Below are positions 28,875 through 32,000 of a stretch of 32,000 nucleotides of DNA, in pieces. Below the pieces are notes generated by a model. The model was given only the letters and a program-made list of their open reading frames with translations. It ran no database searches and was not told the origin of the DNA. Location of the stretch: positions 30,001 through 62,000 of the forward strand of contig NZ_JAYKGW010000162.1 of assembly GCF_035285525.1 (NCBI RefSeq), given 5' to 3'. How positions within the stretch are numbered: the first letter of the stretch is position 1; every line of letters begins with the position of its first letter. The DNA comes from Okeania sp. GTDB lineage: Bacteria; Cyanobacteriota; Cyanobacteriia; Cyanobacteriales; Microcoleaceae. The position numbers and the translations under genes were made by a program.

Positions 28875-29367
28875 TTTTTCCATAATGAAATGATGGAGTA
28901 GGGCAAAATTATAGAAAAGCCTATTTGGAAATACTTAATACATTGTCTATTCTGGAAAATTGATTTAATGGCAGCTAAATAACTTATATTTTTTGTCAAG
29001 TTTTATTTTAAGAAAGGGGTAGGTTTAAAATATAGCGGATTCCACTTTAGTGAGGTACACCCGTCGCGAGCAAGATGCTCTAGAGACATTTAATTCTGAA
29101 TATATGTACTTCATGTACCTGGAATATGCTGTATTATTGGCATTAATGGCAAAGATCAAATTTTTCAGGTATAAATTATTAAGATATTGACTTGGAAACG
29201 AATATTTTATATCTAAACACTAGATTGACTTCTGCTAAACTAAAATTTACTCAAAAAACATAGAATTTTTACTTATAAAATAATCAGAAAAATGTAAGCA
29301 TTTCCTGGGAATACTTACATAAAAATGGCTAAGTGCTGACTCAAGATATCACTAATTAAAATAATAA

Positions 29368-31026
29368 ATGAATCCTTTACTTAATATAGAAAATCTACGA
29401 GTAGCTTATCCCGAAAAAAGAGGAAAATCTCATTGGGCAATAAATAATGTTTCTCTAACACTGCAACCTGGTGAAAAATTAGGATTAGTGGGAGAATCTG
29501 GATGTGGTAAATCTACCCTGGGACGTGCTGCTATGAGATTATTGCCTAAGTCAGTACAAGTTGAGGGAAATGTCACTTTCGGGGATAAATCTGTCTTTGA
29601 GATGAACCCTTCTGAACTTAGAAAATTTCGTGGCGAAGCAGTAGCATTGGTTTTCCAAGATCCTATGACTCGCCTCGACCCATTAATGACTATTGGAGAA
29701 CATTGTGTAGAAACTATTAAAGCACATCAACGTTTATCTAATTCTCAGGCCGAAAAAAAGTCTATAGAAACTCTGGAAACTGTTAATATTCCTGCTAGTC
29801 GTTGGTCTCAATATCCCCATGAGTTTAGTGGGGGAATGCGACAAAGGGTGGCGATCGCTTTAGCTCTTTTACTTGATCCTAAATTAATAGTAGCTGATGA
29901 ACCTACTACTAGCTTGGATGTCACTATAGCATCTCAAATTTTGCAGGAGCTAACTAAACTTTGCGAAGAACGTCAAACTTCTTTATTATTAATTTCCCAT
30001 GATTTGGCAATGGTGGCAGAATTTTGTGACCGCATTGCTGTTATGTATGGAGGTCAAATAGTAGAAATAGGTACAGTTCAACAAATTCTAAAGAACCCCC
30101 AACATGAATATACTAAATCTCTATTTGAAGCTGCTTTACATATTCAAGTTATTGAATCTAAATCTCCGAAAATTAAACTGAAAAAGTCTCAAGAAATCAG
30201 GGTTTCTAAAAAAGTTAAACCGATTTTACAAATCAAAGATTTAGTTAAACATTACAGTTTAGAAAGTAATTTTATAGATCAGTTATTTTCTTCTGGAAAA
30301 AGCCAACTTATTAAAGCTGTTGATGGAGTAAATTTAGATCTTTATTCAGGGGAAATATTAGGGTTGGTTGGAGAATCTGGTTGTGGTAAAAGTACCTTAT
30401 CTCGAACTATTTTACAATTAATTAAACCTACTTCTGGTTCAGTAAAATTTCAAAGTATAAATTTAACTAATCTCTCCAACTCTGTATTACAAACACACCG
30501 TCGGGATATGCAAATGATATTTCAAGATCCCCTCGCTTGTCTCAACCCGATGATGACTGTCGAGCAGATAATAATTGACCCTTTATTTATCCATAATTTG
30601 GCTGATGGAAAGGAAGCAAAAATTCAAGTTGAGGAAATGTTAGAAAAAGTAGGCTTGACTCCAGTGGCAGAATATGGTAAGAGATATCCTTCGGAATTAT
30701 CTGGAGGACAACAACAAAGGGTGGCTATTGCTAGAGCTTTGATTACTCGACCAAAACTGGTTATTTGTGATGAACCTGTGAGTATGTTGGATGCAACTAT
30801 TCAAACTCAAGTTTTGGATTTAATGTTGGAGTTGAAGGATGAATTAAGTTTAACTTATTTATTTATTACCCATGATTTATGGGTAGCGAGGTTTCTTTGT
30901 GACAGAATTGCAGTTATGAATGGTGGAAAAATTGTTGAGGAAGGGAAAACAGAAGAAATATTTAATTATCCTCAACATTCTTATACTCAAACATTGTTAA
31001 ATGCTGCACCACTATTACATAAATAA
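29368..31026 (+). CDS. ABC transporter ATP-binding protein, duplicated ATPase (Dpp/Opp D-F fusion type)
   Basis: 552-aa ORF with two complete NBDs. Walker A occurs as GESGCGKST twice, signatures as FSGGMRQRV and LSGGQQQRV, Walker B as LIVADEPT and LVICDEPV, and the H-loop as SHDL and THDL. Confidence 0.9.
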   Translation: MNPLLNIENLRVAYPEKRGKSHWAINNVSLTLQPGEKLGLVGESGCGKSTLGRAAMRLLPKSVQVEGNVTFGDKSVFEMNPSELRKFRGEAVALVFQDPMTRLDPLMTIGEHCVETIKAHQRLSNSQAEKKSIETLETVNIPASRWSQYPHEFSGGMRQRVAIALALLLDPKLIVADEPTTSLDVTIASQILQELTKLCEERQTSLLLISHDLAMVAEFCDRIAVMYGGQIVEIGTVQQILKNPQHEYTKSLFEAALHIQVIESKSPKIKLKKSQEIRVSKKVKPILQIKDLVKHYSLESNFIDQLFSSGKSQLIKAVDGVNLDLYSGEILGLVGESGCGKSTLSRTILQLIKPTSGSVKFQSINLTNLSNSVLQTHRRDMQMIFQDPLACLNPMMTVEQIIIDPLFIHNLADGKEAKIQVEEMLEKVGLTPVAEYGKRYPSELSGGQQQRVAIARALITRPKLVICDEPVSMLDATIQTQVLDLMLELKDELSLTYLFITHDLWVARFLCDRIAVMNGGKIVEEGKTEEIFNYPQHSYTQTLLNAAPLLHK

Positions 31027-31240
31027 GAAGGAAGAAGGAAGAGGGAAGAGGGAAGAAGAAAAAAAGAAGAAAGAAGAAAGAAGGAAAAAATATTTGATTG
31101 GATAAGATAAACTGTTACAGCACTAGAGTGGAATCATCTGTCTGAGTTGGTTAATATCAAACCTGTTGGCTACGGTTCGCGATAAATTGGAGAATGAAAT
31201 TCTACCATCAGAAAAGAGCTAAAAGTCCGAGTTTGTAGAG

Positions 31241-31347
31241 GGTTTGGAGACCAGGGTTTGGAGACCAGGGTTTGGAGACTAGGGTTTGGAGACTAGGGTT
31301 TGGAGACCAGGGTTTGGAGACCAGGGTTTGGAGACCAAACCCCTACG
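31241..31347. repeat. tandem array of 6 x 14 bp (ggtttggagac[c/t]ag) ending in a hairpin
   Basis: Units start at 31241, 31255, 31269, 31283, 31297 and 31311. A seventh start runs into gggtttggagaccaaaccc followed by ctac. Confidence 0.9.
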
Positions 31348-31415
31348 GGGAAATACTACTGGATTTGAGCTAACACAAGCACCCTGCTTATTTAAGACTA
31401 GAAACCTGTTTTATT

Positions 31416-31466
31416 AATGAATAATTACCTCTCTTTTTTAGGGAGAGGATTGACTAAAAGGAAAAG
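31416..31466. repeat. half copy (first hairpin) of the two-hairpin element, ending 9 nt before the cbiX ATG
   Basis: The sequence is aatgaataattacctctcttttttagggagaggattgactaaaaggaaaag. Confidence 0.75.
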
Positions 31467-31474
31467 TATAATCA

Positions 31475-32000
31475 ATGAAATATTTCAATCAAAACCAAGA
31501 AATTAAAACACAACAAACTCTAACTTCAACAATAGAAAAAAATAATTCATCTCTAGAAGCAAATTTACAGCCCCTACCCCTAAAAAGACCTTTATTATTG
31601 ATAGGTCATGGTACAAGAGACACTGAAGGAAAACAAACTTTTTTAGATTTTGTTGAAACTTATCAAAATTTGGATAAATCTCGACCTGTAATACCTTGTT
31701 TTCTAGAATTAACAGGACCGACTATTCAAGAAGGAGTAGATAAATGTGTAGAACAAGGCTATACAGAATTATCTGCTTTGCCAATATTGTTATTTGCAGC
31801 TCGGCACAATAAATTTGATATTACTAATGAATTAGACCGAGCAAAACAACGACATCCTCAAATAAAATTCTACTATGGAAGACATTTTGGCATTACTCCC
31901 AAGATTATAGAATTGTGGCGATCGCGTCTCACAAAATTAGATGAAACTAACTTTAACCGCTCCCAAACAGTCTTATTATTTGTAGGCAGAGGTTCCAGCG
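31475..32000 (+). CDS. cbiX: sirohydrochlorin chelatase CbiX-like protein (3' end outside the window)
   Basis: Open frame from the ATG at 31475 to the window edge. [13 protein letters not shown]...[16 protein letters not shown] and LLFVGRGSS are typical CbiX/SirB segments. Confidence 0.75.
   Translation, partial: MKYFNQNQEIKTQQTLTSTIEKNNSSLEANLQPLPLKRPLLLIGHGTRDTEGKQTFLDFVETYQNLDKSRPVIPCFLELTGPTIQEGVDKCVEQGYTELSALPILLFAARHNKFDITNELDRAKQRHPQIKFYYGRHFGITPKIIELWRSRLTKLDETNFNRSQTVLLFVGRGSS

Noticed and set aside
28799-28999. 66-aa ORF on the minus strand.
   Set aside because: It overlaps the tandem AT-rich two-hairpin repeat, has low-complexity content (I, S, K, N, Y-rich), and has no SD.
31241-31475. 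Cobalamin riboswitch upstream of cbiX, suggested because GGAGACC in the 14-bp repeat resembles part of the B12 box.
   Set aside because: The match fails at the next conserved position (GGAGACCAG versus GGAGACCKG). It is simply reiterated by the tandem repeat. None of the other conserved riboswitch core elements is visible.

Overview
The window looks like a chromosomal segment from a filamentous, probably Nostocales-type cyanobacterium. Support: it is AT-rich, has many HIP1 octamers (GCGATCGC, e.g. 265-272), contains STRR-like heptamer runs, and its gene content is typically cyanobacterial. I support 18 protein-coding genes, the last truncated by the window edge. Most are unlinked housekeeping or envelope functions:
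- pentapeptide-repeat protein
- FGGY sugar kinase
- AhcY
- ExoD-like membrane protein
- a large 5'-nucleotidase-type metallophosphoesterase with RTX repeats
- two PEP-CTERM proteins
- MBL-fold hydrolase
- RibF
- an RRM RNA-binding protein
- MoxR ATPase
- a membrane-anchored coiled-coil protein
- class-3 aldehyde dehydrogenase
- RelA/SpoT
- a PatD-like small protein plus a zinc-ribbon protein
- a fused double ABC ATPase
- CbiX

I found no rRNA or tRNA gene, CRISPR array, transposase, integrase, phage gene or recognisable defence operon. I cannot honestly point to a novel multi-gene protein system.

The unusual part is the non-coding fraction. The called CDS sum to about 19.8 kb, so about 38% of the window is intergenic. 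That space is saturated with MITE-like elements, nested palindromes and four distinct tandem arrays. The observations most worth following up are:
- a 12-unit 32/33-bp array made of two palindromes per unit (15071-15475)
- two arrays made by amplifying one arm of a palindromic element (14523-14808 and 31241-31347)
- the mosaic architecture of the two PEP-CTERM genes, with a shared promoter block and a shared sorting-signal-plus-terminator cassette
- Pho-box-like 11-bp-phased repeats upstream of the secreted nucleotidase
- a 20-mer present five times, always on the same strand

All family assignments come from reading motifs by eye in the supplied translations. No database search was run.
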